Positions 62,854-64,000 of a stretch of DNA of 64,000 bases are shown here, piece by piece; positions within the stretch are counted from its first letter, which is position 1, and the number at the start of each line of letters is the position of its first letter. Source of the DNA: Lingula anatina (Eukaryota > Animalia > Brachiopoda); contig CM120644.1 of assembly GCA_051362555.1 (NCBI GenBank), positions 20,668,534 to 20,732,533 of the forward strand, in the 5' to 3' direction. The notes under the pieces are model-generated. The model saw only the letters and a list, made by a program, of their open reading frames with translations, was not told where the DNA came from and searched no databases. Made by a program: the position numbers and the translations under genes.

Positions 62854-64000
62854 CACTAATGCTCATAAGTTAAGCAACACCCAGATTTTTTCAAAAGTTT
62901 CTTCTATCATGATCATTATTTCATTTGTTAGTGGAATTATGTATATTTCTTTCATATTTTATAAATAACCTATTCAAATTGAATATTTCTGTTAATGAAA
63001 TACACCACATAGCTTATTGTAATAATCAAAATAACTTTATTAATCAAACAGTACCAAAATAGGCCAAACCATGTGTCTAAAAAGTATGCTCACACAGCAT
63101 CAAGTACGTGCTGATTAAAACAGCTTATCATGAAAAAATAAAGTTCAATCATCTAAGAATTAGTTTTAATAAAAGAAGACTGTAGATAATAAATGATTAA
63201 TCGTCTATTATCCAATAAATATTGGGTGTGCCTTCCCTATTTTTGAACAACAGCTTCACAATGTCTCCTGCAATTTGCCACCAAATTCTGTCAATCTTGC
63301 ATTGTGAGCCTGTTCCATTCCTAAATTACTGCCTGCTGGAGCTTTCTTATGTTTCCGACTGGAGGTTGTCTCTCATTAACTGCTCTGTCAATCATATCTT
63401 TAGCATGTTCAATTACACTGAGAATTGGCGAATATTGCAGGGCCATCCAAATTTGGAATACCATGCTGTTGCAGCACGATTTGCACGGACCGTGCTTTAT
63501 GAATGGGCAAATTGTCCTGCACCAAAATGATATTTCTTCCTGGATTTGCTTGAATGTGTGATTGCAAGCTCCCCAATGGTATTTCTTTTCTGTATCGTTG
63601 ACCAGTGTATCTCCCTTGCATAACGTACAGTGGCAATTTTTCATCATATGAGAAAGCGCACCATACTATGACGGGTACTCCGCCATCCTGAATACGTGGG
63701 TGATCACAATCATCCTGAAACGCTTGGTTTGGACCTCTCCAGACTCCCAGCCAACCATCTGCATACATCAAAGTGAATCTGCTCTCGTCAGTCCACAGGA
63801 CCCTTCACCCAGTCCTTAGATTCTATCTTTCTCGGCATCTGGCTTATGCCAAACTTATCTGCTTGTGTCTTTTGGTCGACGGTGGCTTTTTAGGAGGCTT
63901 TTTAAATGAAAGTCCAGCTTCTAAATTATGCCTGTTGACTGTCTGCCTACTGATTCGAGCTCTTCCTAATCCAGGCCAGATGTTTCTCAGCTGTTTAGAC
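62854..64000 (-). mobile_element. Degenerate Tc1-like transposon running off the window
   Basis: TA-CACTAATGCTCATAAGTT terminus. Minus-strand motifs WTDESRF, GG..V.VWCAFSY, VQDNLPIHKAR and IEH..D.IDRAV. Confidence 0.88.

Overview
AT-rich animal (probably invertebrate) genomic DNA with no intact cellular protein-coding gene. Bases 1 to about 50,070 are a head-to-tail tandem array of a ~510-bp monomer: by eye about 66 full A-type units plus about 19 shorter, diverged B-type units, arranged in higher-order repeats. Every A unit carries a nearly invariant 80-nt cassette between a canonical splice acceptor (ttttcag) and donor (CAG|gtcagt). It has stops in all three frames, suggesting a long, repeated-exon non-coding transcript; a diverged orphan copy lies at 62,641. 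The array is interrupted by DNA transposons whose target-site duplications (TSDs) can be read against empty monomers: a TTA-TSD MITE amplified to 5 copies, a deleted piggyBac, a Kolobok-like element and a CMC/EnSpm-like element. From 50 to 64 kb is a nest of transposon remains: three Tc1-type elements, a 6.9-kb TA-flanked TIR element (holding a hAT remnant, a fold-back MITE with a 9-bp TSD and an orphan minimal hammerhead ribozyme), and a Penelope retroelement with inverted pseudo-LTRs, hammerheads and a 16-bp TSD inside a Tc1. The many repeat-derived ORFs in the track are judged non-coding.
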